From Rhizobium sp. Q54 (lineage in GTDB: Bacteria; Pseudomonadota; Alphaproteobacteria; UBA2966; CAIVPW01), in assembly GCA_945889645.1 (NCBI GenBank), contig CAMDCA010000001.1, forward strand, positions 11,272 to 75,271: DNA of 64,000 nucleotides. Direction: 5' to 3'. Shown here in pieces: positions 19,133-28,882 of this stretch (position 1 is the stretch's first letter; each line of letters opens with the position of its first letter). The notes beneath the pieces are model-generated. The model saw only the letters and a list, made by a program, of their open reading frames with translations, was not told the origin of the DNA and searched no databases. Both the position numbers and the translations under genes were made by a program.

Positions 19133-19993
19133 TTACTCCGGCGGGTAGACCAGCATGATGCGCTCGATGGCGTGGGTGGCATCGAACACGGTCACCACCA
19201 CGGTCTCGCCTTCGCCAATCGCCAGGTTGTTGGGGTGGGTGTATTCGCTGCGCAGCACTAGGCGGCGGCCTTCCATCGTCGCCGCCACGGTCGCCGGCTT
19301 GAAGGCGAATCCCGGTGCCGCCTCGATGATGATCTGCGGATTGACGAATGCGGTGTTCGAGCGCGCCACCACTTCGAGCCGGCGCTTACCGTCGGCATCG
19401 GTGCCGTTGACGCGGTCGATAGCGAGCTCGGGCGTGTTCTCGAGGATCGGCATGCGCGCCTTATTCTTTTCGAACAGCGGCGTGAGCTTGGCGTCCTTCG
19501 CCGACGGCATGACGTCGAGCGCGAGGTCGGCCTCCTCCAGCGTGCACACTTCGCGGCACGCCGCGTAGGTGACCCGCATGCGGAATTTCACCGGCTGCGT
19601 CGCCTCGTGCGGATAGATCGTCACCGGCAGCAGCACCTCGTCCTTGTAGACGTAGGTCGTCATGCCGGCCTGCACCTTGCGCTCGGGCAGCGGCCAATCG
19701 ACGTACAGCTCGTCGACGTTCTCGGTCTCGTCGAAGAAGAAATCGGGCGGTACGCCCGCGTCGCCGGGCGTGCGCCAGTACGTCTCCCAACCGGGCTGCA
19801 GGCGCAGATGGATGCCGAGCACGATGGCGTCCGGCTCATCGGGCGACGGGCCCCACGCGACGACGCGGATGGAGCTTCGCTCATTCATCACCCACGCAGC
19901 TTCGGCGGCGTGCGCACTGCTGCTTGCGCAGACGGCTGCGCCGAAGAATGGGAGGAGCGCGATGCAGGCGCGCGCGACGGCGGCTTTGATCAT
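19133..19993 (-). CDS. periplasmic protein with a DsbD N-terminal-like (DsbD_2) domain
   Basis: Signal peptide followed by the YWRTPGDAG motif typical of DsbD/DsbD-N-domain proteins. It lies adjacent to the peroxiredoxin. Confidence 0.6.
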   Translation of the reverse strand: MIKAAVARACIALLPFFGAAVCASSSAHAAEAAWVMNERSSIRVVAWGPSPDEPDAIVLGIHLRLQPGWETYWRTPGDAGVPPDFFFDETENVDELYVDWPLPERKVQAGMTTYVYKDEVLLPVTIYPHEATQPVKFRMRVTYAACREVCTLEEADLALDVMPSAKDAKLTPLFEKNKARMPILENTPELAIDRVNGTDADGKRRLEVVARSNTAFVNPQIIIEAAPGFAFKPATVAATMEGRRLVLRSEYTHPNNLAIGEGETVVVTVFDATHAIERIMLVYPPE

Positions 19994-20119
19994 GAGCGCA
20001 CCAACTTTGACACAGCAAGGGCGCGGGAAACGAATACTAAACCAGGGGGTCCCATGCTACTTTCACGTTGTTGCGATTCCCAGGGAATCAGCCGCAAACA
20101 GAGCCAAGCGGGCGATCCG

Positions 20120-20686
20120 ATGACAGCAATCATCGACGGGTACCTGACCGGGCAGCTTCTGGTGGCGATGCCCACCATGGATGACCCGCGCTTCGAGCGC
20201 ACGGTCATCTACTTGTGCGCACATTCGCAGGCCGGCGCCCTCGGACTGATCGTCAATCGCCTCGCCGACCACATCTCGTTCAGCGACCTTCTGACGCAGC
20301 TCGGCATCGCCGGGCCGCCGGAGCATGAGATCCGCGTGCATGTCGGCGGACCGGTGGAGCAGGCGCGCGGCTTCGTCCTCCACTCCGCCGACTACGTGCG
20401 CGACACCACGCTGGTGGTGAGCGAGGAAATCGCCCTCACGGCATCCATCGACGTGCTGGCAGCGATCGCGTCGGGCCAGGGCCCACGGCGCAGCCTGCTG
20501 GCGCTCGGCTACGCCGGGTGGGACGCGGGGCAACTTGAATCCGAGATTCAGCAGAACGGCTGGCTGCAGGTGCCGGCCGACGAAGACCTGCTGTTCGGCA
20601 AGAACATTGGCACCAAGTGGACCGGAGCGATGCGCAAGATCGGCCTCGAGCTGTCGGCCCTGTCGTCAACGGCCGGGCACGCTTAG
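20120..20686 (+). CDS. YqgE/AlgH family protein (UPF0301)
   Basis: Start at MTAIIDGYLTGQLLVAMPTMDDPRFERTVIYLCAHS. The ORF track's upstream extension to 19607 is antisense noise. Confidence 0.8.
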   Translation: MTAIIDGYLTGQLLVAMPTMDDPRFERTVIYLCAHSQAGALGLIVNRLADHISFSDLLTQLGIAGPPEHEIRVHVGGPVEQARGFVLHSADYVRDTTLVVSEEIALTASIDVLAAIASGQGPRRSLLALGYAGWDAGQLESEIQQNGWLQVPADEDLLFGKNIGTKWTGAMRKIGLELSALSSTAGHA

Positions 20687-20847
20687 TAGTTCCCACGCGC
20701 GCCGAGCAGTATCGGACGTCACGCCGACGTGCAGCGTTCCGTTCGGTCGAATCGTGACGATGTAGACCCAGCCCCCACGCATCGCGTTAGTGAGGTCCAC
20801 GTGGAAGCGCGGGTCAAGCCCCGCCTGAGGACTGTTCTAGGACCGGA

Positions 20848-21438
20848 TCAGGGCCTTGGGTCGGAGGCCAGCATCGCGAACAGCAGGTGGTCGTGCCAGC
20901 GGCCGTTGATGTTGAGGTATTGCCGGGCGAGGCCTTCGTCGTGGAAGCCGGACTTGCGTAGCAGTCCGGCGCTGGCGAGGTTGCTGGGCACGCAGCCGGC
21001 TTCGATGCGGTGCATGCGCAGCTGGTCGAAGCTGAACGCCACCGCCGTGTGCACCGCATCCGACATGTAGCCATTGCGCGCGTAGCGTTGGCCCACCCAA
21101 TAGCCGATCGAGCACGACTGGCGGATGCCGCGCGTCACGTTCGACAGGTTGAGGCCGCCGAGCAGGCGATCGTCATTCTTGCGGAACAGCAGGAAGGCAT
21201 AGCCTTCGTCGTCGCGCGCGTCGCGGCTGTAGCGCGACAGGCGGCGGCGGAAGGCGTCCCTGGCCAGCGCGTCCTTGGGCCAGGTCGGCTCCCACGGTTC
21301 GAGGAAGGCGCGGCTTTCGGCGCGCAGCTCGGCCCAGTGCAGCCAGTCGCGCGTGTCAGGCGGGCGCAGGTACGTCACCTCGCCGTCATAGACGCGCCAC
21401 AGGGGCGGGCGCGCGATGCGGTCGAGGATCGGGCACAT
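20848..21438 (-). CDS. GNAT family N-acetyltransferase (RimJ/RimL-like)
   Basis: Acetyl-CoA binding region (IGYWVGQRYARNGYMSDAVHTAVAFSFDQLRMHRIEAG). The start is inferred at MCPILDR. Confidence 0.75.
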   Translation of the reverse strand: MCPILDRIARPPLWRVYDGEVTYLRPPDTRDWLHWAELRAESRAFLEPWEPTWPKDALARDAFRRRLSRYSRDARDDEGYAFLLFRKNDDRLLGGLNLSNVTRGIRQSCSIGYWVGQRYARNGYMSDAVHTAVAFSFDQLRMHRIEAGCVPSNLASAGLLRKSGFHDEGLARQYLNINGRWHDHLLFAMLASDPRP

Positions 21439-21454
21439 CAGCGGGCCGAGGGCA

Positions 21455-22711
21455 TCATTGGAAACGCTGGGCGAGTTTGTCGAAGCCCTCCAGCTTGCCC
21501 ACCAGGCCGAGCGCCGCCAATGACAACTTCGACTTGCCGATGCGGGAGGCAACGCGCGCCAGGGCTGCCTGGTCCACGGCGTCGATGCGCGACATGACCT
21601 CGGACGTCGGCATCGAGCGGCCGTAGATGAGGAGTTGGCGCGCCAAGTGCTCGCAGCGAGAGGAGGAGCTCTCCAGAGCCATCATGATCGCCGCTTTGTG
21701 CTGCGCGCGGGCCCGCACGATTTCGGCCTCGCTGATGGTGCCGGCGATGCCCTGCACCTCGTCGGCGATGACCTTGGCGGCCTCCGGCATGTCCTTTCCG
21801 GAGGTGCCGGTGTAGACGCCGAACATGCCGCAATCCAGGTACGAGTGGGCGAACGTGAAGATCGTGTACGCCAGGCCGCGCTTCTCGCGCACTTCCTGGA
21901 ACAGGCGCGAAGACATGCCACCGCCGAGGATGGTCGAGAAGATCTGCGTGGCGAAGTAGTCGTCGTGGCCGTAGGGCACCGACTCGAAGCCCATGATGAG
22001 ATGAGCCTGCTCGAGCTCGCGGCGCTCGCGCGTCTCGCCGCCGACATAGCGCGCCGCCTCGCGCCCCTCGCCGTTGCCGGTGCGCAGTCCGCCGAACTTG
22101 TCGGCGACCAGCGCAACCAGCTTGTCGTGGTTCACAGAACCGGCGGCCGAAACCACCATGCGCGGCCCCAGGTAGTGGGCATCCATGTAGCGCAGTAGAT
22201 CTTCGCGCGAGAACGTCGAGACGCGTTCGGGCGGGCCCAAGATGGTGCGGCCGAGTGCCTGGTCGGGGAACGCCACCGACTGCAGATGGTCGAAGATGAT
22301 GTCGTCCGGCGTGTCGTTGACCTCGCCAATTTCCTGCAGAACCACCGTGCGCTCGCGCGCCAGCTCGTCGTGGGCGAACATCGAATGCTGCAGGATGTCG
22401 CCGAGCATATCGACCGCCAGCGGCAGATCGTTCTTCAGCACGCGGGCGACATAGGCGGTCTGCTCGCGGGTCGTGTAGGCGTCCAGGTGGCCGCCGACGT
22501 CCTCGATTTCCTCGGCAATGCGCAGCGCCGAGCGCCGCTTGGTGCCCTTGAAGGCCATGTGTTCGAGCATGTGCGCGGCGCCGTTGAGATCGGCAGCCTC
22601 GTAACGCGTGCCGGCGCTAACCCACACGCCGACGGCAGTAGTCTCCAGGCCGGCCATGGCGTCGCTGGCCACGGTGAGGCCGTTGGGCAGGCGTGTGATC
22701 TCGACCGTCAT
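21455..22711 (-). CDS. M16 family zinc metallopeptidase (insulinase/pitrilysin-like processing protease)
   Basis: Inverted zinc motif HxxEH (GAAHMLEHMAFKGT) and a downstream Glu. The start is at 22756 or 22711. Confidence 0.85.
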   Translation of the reverse strand: MTVEITRLPNGLTVASDAMAGLETTAVGVWVSAGTRYEAADLNGAAHMLEHMAFKGTKRRSALRIAEEIEDVGGHLDAYTTREQTAYVARVLKNDLPLAVDMLGDILQHSMFAHDELARERTVVLQEIGEVNDTPDDIIFDHLQSVAFPDQALGRTILGPPERVSTFSREDLLRYMDAHYLGPRMVVSAAGSVNHDKLVALVADKFGGLRTGNGEGREAARYVGGETRERRELEQAHLIMGFESVPYGHDDYFATQIFSTILGGGMSSRLFQEVREKRGLAYTIFTFAHSYLDCGMFGVYTGTSGKDMPEAAKVIADEVQGIAGTISEAEIVRARAQHKAAIMMALESSSSRCEHLARQLLIYGRSMPTSEVMSRIDAVDQAALARVASRIGKSKLSLAALGLVGKLEGFDKLAQRFQ

Positions 22712-22730
22712 TGTCGTTCTTGTCCTGACC

Positions 22731-24125
22731 TCAGACGCCGGCGCGTTCTTCGACATAGGCCATCACGCGGCGCAAATCGTTGGGCAACGTGTCGCACCGC
22801 TCCGGCCGCTTGAACAGGTCGGCGAGGTGCGCCGGCAGCGGCGCGTCGCGCGCGATCGCCTGGCGCACCGCGTCCGGGAACTTCGCCGCGTGCGCGGTGG
22901 AAAGGTACACCATCGGCACATCGTTGCGCCGCCGCTTGGCCCGGCCGGCGACGATGCCGACCGCGGTGTGCGGATCGATGACGACGCCGGTGCGGTCGAG
23001 AACCTCGCGCATGGTGCGCAGAGTTTCGTCCTCGCTAACGGCGCGTCCGTCGAACTCGCTGCGCATCTGCGCCAACGCCGAGGCGCTGAGCTGGAACTGG
23101 CCGTGCTTTTCGAACGCCGTCATGCGCGTGCGCAGGGCCGTCGTGTCGTTGCCTTCGAGCTCCAGCAGCAGGCGCTCGAAGTTCGACGACACCTGGATGT
23201 CGATGCTGGGGCTAAGCGAGGCGTATACTGAATCTTTGCGGTACACGCCGGTTTCGAGCAGACGCACCAGGATGTCGTTGCGGTTGGTCGCGATGACCAT
23301 CTGCGGAATGGCGAGGCCCATGCGGCGGGCGACGTGGCCGGCGAAGGCATCGCCGAAGTTTCCGGTGGGAACGGCAAAAGCGGGCACGCGCGCCGGCGCA
23401 CCCAGGGCGACCGCCGCGGTGAAGTAGTAGACGACCTGGGCCATGACGCGTGCCCAGTTGATCGAGTTAACGGCCGTGAGGCGCATGCGGTCGCGGAACG
23501 CGGCATCGCCGAACATCGCCTTCACCAGCGCTTGGCAGTCGTCAAACGTGCCGTCGATGGCGATGTTGAACACGTTGGCCGACGGGACGGTCGTCATCTG
23601 GCGCCGCTGCACCTCGGTGACGCGGCCTTTGGGATGCATGATGAATGCGGTAATCGAATCGCGGTCGCGGCACGCCTCGATGGCGGCAGACCCGGTATCG
23701 CCCGAGGTCGCGCCCACCACGGTCATGTGCAGCTTGCGCTGGCGCAGGACGTGGTCGAACAGACGGCCCACCACGACCAGGGCGTAGTCCTTGAACGAGA
23801 TGGTCGGACCGCGGAACAGCTCGAGCAGGAATTCGCCGGAATCGAGTTGGCGCAGCGGCGCCACCGCCGGGTGATCGAACTGCTCGTACGCGGCCGTGAC
23901 GATCGGCGTGAGTTCCTTGCGCGAGATCGCCGGCTCGGTGAACCGCGCCATAAGGTCGATGGCGACGTCGGCATAGGGGCGGCAAGCGTAGCCGGCGATC
24001 TCCGCCGGCGTAACGGTCGGCCACGACTCCGGCACATAGAGCCCGCCATCGGTGGCAAGGCCCGCCAACAGCACGTCGGAAAAATCGAGCGTGGGCGCCA
24101 GCCCGCGGGTGCTGATGTATCGCAC
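22731..24125 (-). CDS. thrC: threonine synthase
   Basis: PLP motif (LELFRGPTISFKD) and overall ThrC architecture. The likely start is GTG at 24125 (VRYISTRG). The ORF track extends to 24329. Confidence 0.9.
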   Translation of the reverse strand: MRYISTRGLAPTLDFSDVLLAGLATDGGLYVPESWPTVTPAEIAGYACRPYADVAIDLMARFTEPAISRKELTPIVTAAYEQFDHPAVAPLRQLDSGEFLLELFRGPTISFKDYALVVVGRLFDHVLRQRKLHMTVVGATSGDTGSAAIEACRDRDSITAFIMHPKGRVTEVQRRQMTTVPSANVFNIAIDGTFDDCQALVKAMFGDAAFRDRMRLTAVNSINWARVMAQVVYYFTAAVALGAPARVPAFAVPTGNFGDAFAGHVARRMGLAIPQMVIATNRNDILVRLLETGVYRKDSVYASLSPSIDIQVSSNFERLLLELEGNDTTALRTRMTAFEKHGQFQLSASALAQMRSEFDGRAVSEDETLRTMREVLDRTGVVIDPHTAVGIVAGRAKRRRNDVPMVYLSTAHAAKFPDAVRQAIARDAPLPAHLADLFKRPERCDTLPNDLRRVMAYVEERAGV

Positions 24126-24475
24126 GAAGGTCGATGAACCCCTGAAAGTGGCTGAAACGCGGTGGCGGGACGCGGCCGCACAAACTACGGAAGGCGCCCC
24201 CGCGGTGCAATGCGCGCCGCCGCCGCAAGCAGCCCCTGTGCGGAAAGAAGCGCACAGGCCAAGAATTGCCTGGATAAGTCGAAAAACCGTTGGGCCCGCT
24301 GCACATACAGGCCGCCAACGGACGCACAACTTGGGGGTCCAATGTGCATCCCTTTTCCCTTGGCGTGAGGGCCTCGAAGGCTAGGATATCTGCGGGGTGG
24401 CTCCCTGCCTGCACTCGCTGCGGCCGCCGGTGTCCGCCATACGCCCGCACTGCGCCAGCTTTGTAGTACGTATGG

Positions 24476-25696
24476 ATGGCTCCGTCGGCCGCCGCGAGAT
24501 TTTCCCTCCCGCCCGTGTGTCCCGTGAACGAACGCCCTGAGATTCCCGCGACCGATTCGACCGCGCCCGGGGGCCGCCGCCGCGCCAGCGGCATCCTGCC
24601 GTCGCAACAGATCCATGCGCTGATCGCCGACGGCACGATCGCCGCGGACACCGCGGTGACGGACGCTCAAGTTCAGCCGGCGAGCCTCGACCTGCGCCTT
24701 GGCTCCGTGGCGCATCGCGTGCGCGCCAGCTTCCTGCCGGCGTCATCCACCGTGATGGAGAAGGTCAAGGCGCTGGGCATGCACAGCGTCGACCTGAGCC
24801 AGGGGGCGGTGCTGGAGCGCGGCTGCGTCTACATCGTACCGCTGCAGGAGCGGGTGCGGATGCCGCGCGGCTTGTCCGGCGCGGCCAACCCAAAGAGCTC
24901 GACTGGACGGCTCGACGTCTTCACGCGCCTGATCGCCGACCACACCACCGAATTCGATCGCGTGCGCGCGGGCTACGAAGGCCATCTGTATGCGGAAATC
25001 AGCCCGCGCACGTTCAGCGTGCTGGTGCGGACCGGCGACCGCCTGAGCCAGCTGCGCTTCCGGCGCGGCAACCCGCCGACGTCGGATGCCGAGTTGCGCG
25101 CGCTGAACGAGCGCATGCCGCTGGTCCACAGCGACGACGTGGGCGCACAGAAGGCCGACATCGACGGCGGTGTCGGCATCTCGATCGACCTGATGGGCAG
25201 CGGACCGGACGCCCTCCTTGGCTACCGCGCCAAGCATCACGCCGACCTGATCGATTTCAGCAAGATCGCGCACTACGACCCGCGCGAGTTCTGGGAGCCG
25301 ATCACCGCGGCCGGGCGCGCCCACAGCGGCGTGCCGTCGCTGATCCTGAACCCCGACGATTTCTACGTCCTGGCGTCGCGCGAGCGTGTGTCAGTGCCCC
25401 CGGCCTACGCCGCCGAGCTGGTGCCATACGATCCGCTGGTGGGCGAGTTCCGGGTCCACTACGCCGGGTTCTTCGATCCCGGGTTCGGCTATGCCGGCGT
25501 CGCGGGCCAAGGCACCAAGGCGGTCCTCGAAGTCCGGTCGCACGACGTGCCGTTCGTGCTGGAACACGGCCAGGTAGTCGGCCGCCTGGCCTATGAGCGC
25601 CTGACCGAGGAGCCGGACCGACTGTATGGCGCCGCGATCGGGTCGTCCTACGGCCGCCAAGCCCTGACGTTGAGCAAGCACTTCCGCAAAGACTAG
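24476..25696 (+). CDS. dcd: 2'-deoxycytidine 5'-triphosphate deaminase (long alphaproteobacterial form)
   Basis: dCTP deaminase/dUTPase-like fold. The N-terminus GILPSQQIHALIADGTI is typical of the long Dcd form. The start may lie downstream of 24476. Confidence 0.75.
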   Translation: MAPSAAARFSLPPVCPVNERPEIPATDSTAPGGRRRASGILPSQQIHALIADGTIAADTAVTDAQVQPASLDLRLGSVAHRVRASFLPASSTVMEKVKALGMHSVDLSQGAVLERGCVYIVPLQERVRMPRGLSGAANPKSSTGRLDVFTRLIADHTTEFDRVRAGYEGHLYAEISPRTFSVLVRTGDRLSQLRFRRGNPPTSDAELRALNERMPLVHSDDVGAQKADIDGGVGISIDLMGSGPDALLGYRAKHHADLIDFSKIAHYDPREFWEPITAAGRAHSGVPSLILNPDDFYVLASRERVSVPPAYAAELVPYDPLVGEFRVHYAGFFDPGFGYAGVAGQGTKAVLEVRSHDVPFVLEHGQVVGRLAYERLTEEPDRLYGAAIGSSYGRQALTLSKHFRKD

Positions 25697-25728
25697 CGGA
25701 CCCCCCGCGCGACGTGCTGTCTTAGGCC

Positions 25729-26907
25729 ATGCGGTTCCTTTCCTTTGTTGCAGCGGCCCTGCTGGCGCTTGCCGCCGGTCCCGCGATAGCCCAGACCCCG
25801 GCGACGGCCTGCCCGCGCCCAGCGGCCGCATGGAGCGCGCAGGAAGCCAACGTCTGGCAGCTGCTGTGCACCACAGGCAAGGCGGACATCACGCCGCCCT
25901 ATGGGCGATTGGAGCCGCCGGTGGCCGGTGAACCGGCACCGGACTACGTCCTGAGCGCCACGTTCCTGCGCCAGATCCTGACCGAACCGCCGTACAAGGA
26001 CGCGCTGCGCAGCGTCAGCATCAAGGGCGCCTATATCACCGGCCTGCTCGAACTGACCGGCCGCACGATACCCATGCCGGTGACGTTCGAAGAAACCCAA
26101 ATGCCGGACGGCCTGGTCATGGACCAGACCCAGGCGGAGGGCGCACTCGCGTTCCTGAACAGCTACTTCCCCGCCGGCGTCGGATTCCGCAACGGGCGCG
26201 TTGCCGGCAACCTGACGTTCGACAACAGCGTGGTGCTCGGCGCGCTCGACATCACCAACACCACCATCAACGGCAACGTCTCGGCGACCAACGGCAAGTT
26301 CGAGGCCTTTGTCGGCCGCGCCGTGAAGGTGCTGGGATCGCTGAACCTGGACGGCGCCGAGACGACCGAAGTCGTCCTGCCGGCCGCCCGTATCGGCACC
26401 GATGCGAACCTGCGGGTCGCGGGCGACGGCTTGCGCCTCGTCACGCTTTCGGGCGTGCGCATACCGGGACAACTGGCCCTCAACAGTGCCGCACCGTGGC
26501 AAGCCGATGCACGCATGACGCTGTCGGGCGCCAGCGTCGGCACCCTAGTGCCGCCGCGCGTCTGGCCGACCGGCCTGGATACCGCCGACCTGCTGATTGA
26601 GCGCGTCGATACGACGCTGGCTACCTGGCTACTCGACCGGCTGCAGAAGTCCACCCGAGCCACCAACGAGAACTACATGCAGCTGGCAACAGCGGCGCGC
26701 GCCGGCGGCGCTGCCACCGTGGCGCAGCAGATCGACACGATGGTCCGCGAGCGTGTGCGGGCCCGCGCCTCGACCTCCGAGCGCATTGCCATGACCCTGG
26801 AGGACTGGGGCTGGTTCAGCTGGGCCTTGGGCATCGCCATCCTGGCCGGCTTAGGCTGGCTCGGATTGCGGTTCTACCGTCGCAAAGTGGCGGAAGCGGC
26901 CAGCTAG
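25729..26907 (+). CDS. hypothetical exported protein with a single C-terminal transmembrane anchor
   Basis: Sec signal peptide (MRFLSFVAAALLALAAGPAIA). The middle region is rich in N/G/T/L repeats that look like a beta-helix. A C-terminal TM helix (WFSWALGIAILAGLGWLGL) is followed by a basic tail. Confidence 0.5.
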   Translation: MRFLSFVAAALLALAAGPAIAQTPATACPRPAAAWSAQEANVWQLLCTTGKADITPPYGRLEPPVAGEPAPDYVLSATFLRQILTEPPYKDALRSVSIKGAYITGLLELTGRTIPMPVTFEETQMPDGLVMDQTQAEGALAFLNSYFPAGVGFRNGRVAGNLTFDNSVVLGALDITNTTINGNVSATNGKFEAFVGRAVKVLGSLNLDGAETTEVVLPAARIGTDANLRVAGDGLRLVTLSGVRIPGQLALNSAAPWQADARMTLSGASVGTLVPPRVWPTGLDTADLLIERVDTTLATWLLDRLQKSTRATNENYMQLATAARAGGAATVAQQIDTMVRERVRARASTSERIAMTLEDWGWFSWALGIAILAGLGWLGLRFYRRKVAEAAS

Positions 26908-26967
26908 CCGCCTCGCGGCGACCCCGCAAACTACCCCGCCTCCGGTGCGGATTGCGGCCGGCGGGCC

Positions 26968-28815
26968 GTGTATGGGATGACAGTCCCCATGCGCGGCATG
27001 GGACGATTCGACCCTGAGACGATGGACCTGAAGCGGCCCAAGGACATTCACGTCCTGCGCATGGCGCTGCCGTTCCTGTGGCCGCGCGACGATTGGGGAT
27101 TGCGGGCCCGCCTGATGGCGACCCTGGTCCTGCTGGTGGCGACCTCCGCGCTCAACACCCTGACGCCGTACATGATGGCGCGCGTGGTTGACACCCTGGC
27201 GGGCGGACCGCAGAGCCTGTCGAGCCTGACCTATTTGCTGCTGCTGGCGTACGGGGTGGTGTTCACCGTCGGCCGGGTGCTGGACCTGTGGCGCGTCGCC
27301 CTGTACGGCCCGATGGAGCAGAGGCTCAACCGCAGCATGCGCCTGGCCGCGCTGCGCCACGTGCACGAGCTCAGCCTGCATTTCCACCTGACTCGCAAGA
27401 CCGGGCAGCTGTCGCGCATCATCGACAACGGCATGCGCGGCATGGAGCAGATCCTGAACTCGATGGTGTTCATGATCCTGCCGCTGGTGGTCGAGCTCGG
27501 CATCGTCGTCAGCGTTCTGCTGGGCGGCTTCACGCCGGCATACACCGCCATCCTGTTCGTCACCTTTGTCATCTACGGCACGGCGCTGGTGATCGGCTCC
27601 GAGTACCTGCGCAAGCACCAGCGCGCCGCAGTGGCGGAGAGTGCCGCGGCGCACGGCAAGGCGGTGGACAGCCTGCTCAACTACGAGACGGTCAAGTACT
27701 TCGGCAACGAAGGCTATGTGAACGACCGCTACGACGAGGCGTTGCAACGCGTCGAATCGTTGCAGCTCAAGGCGCTGTATTCGCGCAGCATGACGGGCGT
27801 CGTCCAGGTGGTCATCCAGGGTGTCGGCCTGACCGCCATGATCCTGCTGGCCGGGCGCGAGGCGCTGGCCGGGAGCATGACCGTGGGCGGCTTCGTGCTG
27901 GTGAACAGCTACCTGATGCAGGTGCTGCGGCCGCTCGACCGCATGGGCATGCTGTACCGCGGCCTGAAGCAGGCGTTCACCGACGTCGAGCAGATGATGG
28001 CGCTGCTGCTGGAGAGGAACGAGGTCGGCGACGCGCCGGACGCCGTGCCCCTGCCCGCCGGCCGCGGCGGCACCGTGTCGTTCCACGACGTGTCGTTCGC
28101 CTACGACGTGCGGCGGCCGATCCTGGAGCACGTCACCTTCGACGTGCCGGCAGGCCACGCCATCGGCCTGGTCGGCGCCAGCGGGTCGGGCAAGACCACC
28201 ATCGGGCGCCTGCTGTTCCGCTTCTACGACCCTAGTCAAGGCGTAGTGAACGTGGACGGCATGGACCTGCGCGACGCCACCGTCGCCAGCGTGCGCGCCG
28301 CCATCGGCGTGGTGCCGCAGGACGCCGTCCTGTTCAACGATTCTCTGGCCTACAACATCGCCTTCGGCGCGCCCGGCGCCAGCAAGGACGACATCGAACG
28401 CGCCGCCCGCATGGCGCAGCTGCACGAGTTCATCGCCAGCCTGCCGGATGGCTACGACACCGTCGTGGGCGAGCGCGGCCTGAAGCTGTCGGGCGGCGAG
28501 AAGCAGCGCGTCGCCATCGCCCGTGCGGTCCTGAAGCGGCCGCGGATCTTCCTGTTCGATGAGGCGACCAGCGCGCTCGATTCACACACCGAGCGGGCGA
28601 TCCAGGACAACCTGCGCGAGGTTTCGCGCGGCACCACGACCCTGATCATCGCCCATCGGCTATCGACCGTAGTCCACGCCGACCAGATCCTGGTCCTGGA
28701 ACACGGCCACATCGTCGAGCGCGGCACCCACGACGCCCTGCTGCGCGACGGCGGCCGCTACGCCGCCCTTTGGTTGCAACAGCAGAAGAAGCTAGAGTTG
28801 GAGGCAGCCGACTAA
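26968..28815 (+). CDS. ABC transporter fused permease/ATP-binding protein (ABCB/ATM1-HMT-like exporter)
   Basis: Six-helix TMD followed by an NBD with Walker A (GASGSGKTT), the signature LSGGEKQRVAIARA and Walker B (IFLFDEATSALD). Confidence 0.9.
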   Translation: MYGMTVPMRGMGRFDPETMDLKRPKDIHVLRMALPFLWPRDDWGLRARLMATLVLLVATSALNTLTPYMMARVVDTLAGGPQSLSSLTYLLLLAYGVVFTVGRVLDLWRVALYGPMEQRLNRSMRLAALRHVHELSLHFHLTRKTGQLSRIIDNGMRGMEQILNSMVFMILPLVVELGIVVSVLLGGFTPAYTAILFVTFVIYGTALVIGSEYLRKHQRAAVAESAAAHGKAVDSLLNYETVKYFGNEGYVNDRYDEALQRVESLQLKALYSRSMTGVVQVVIQGVGLTAMILLAGREALAGSMTVGGFVLVNSYLMQVLRPLDRMGMLYRGLKQAFTDVEQMMALLLERNEVGDAPDAVPLPAGRGGTVSFHDVSFAYDVRRPILEHVTFDVPAGHAIGLVGASGSGKTTIGRLLFRFYDPSQGVVNVDGMDLRDATVASVRAAIGVVPQDAVLFNDSLAYNIAFGAPGASKDDIERAARMAQLHEFIASLPDGYDTVVGERGLKLSGGEKQRVAIARAVLKRPRIFLFDEATSALDSHTERAIQDNLREVSRGTTTLIIAHRLSTVVHADQILVLEHGHIVERGTHDALLRDGGRYAALWLQQQKKLELEAAD

Positions 28816-28826
28816 CTTCCAGCGGT

Positions 28827-28852
28827 GGCGGCCCTTTTGGGGGAGGGCCGTC
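28827..28852. terminator. candidate bidirectional stem-loop between the convergent ABC transporter and M32 peptidase genes
   Basis: GGCGGCCC-TTTTGGGGGA-GGGCCGTC; the complementarity is imperfect. It lies 12 nt after the ABC transporter stop. Confidence 0.3.
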
Positions 28853-28882
28853 GTGCGAAACGCACACGAAGCGTGCGCACCT

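Noticed and set aside
19607-20119. Upstream 171-aa extension of the YqgE ORF
   Set aside because: It is antisense to the DsbD-N-domain gene. YqgE homology starts at MTAIIDGY (20120).
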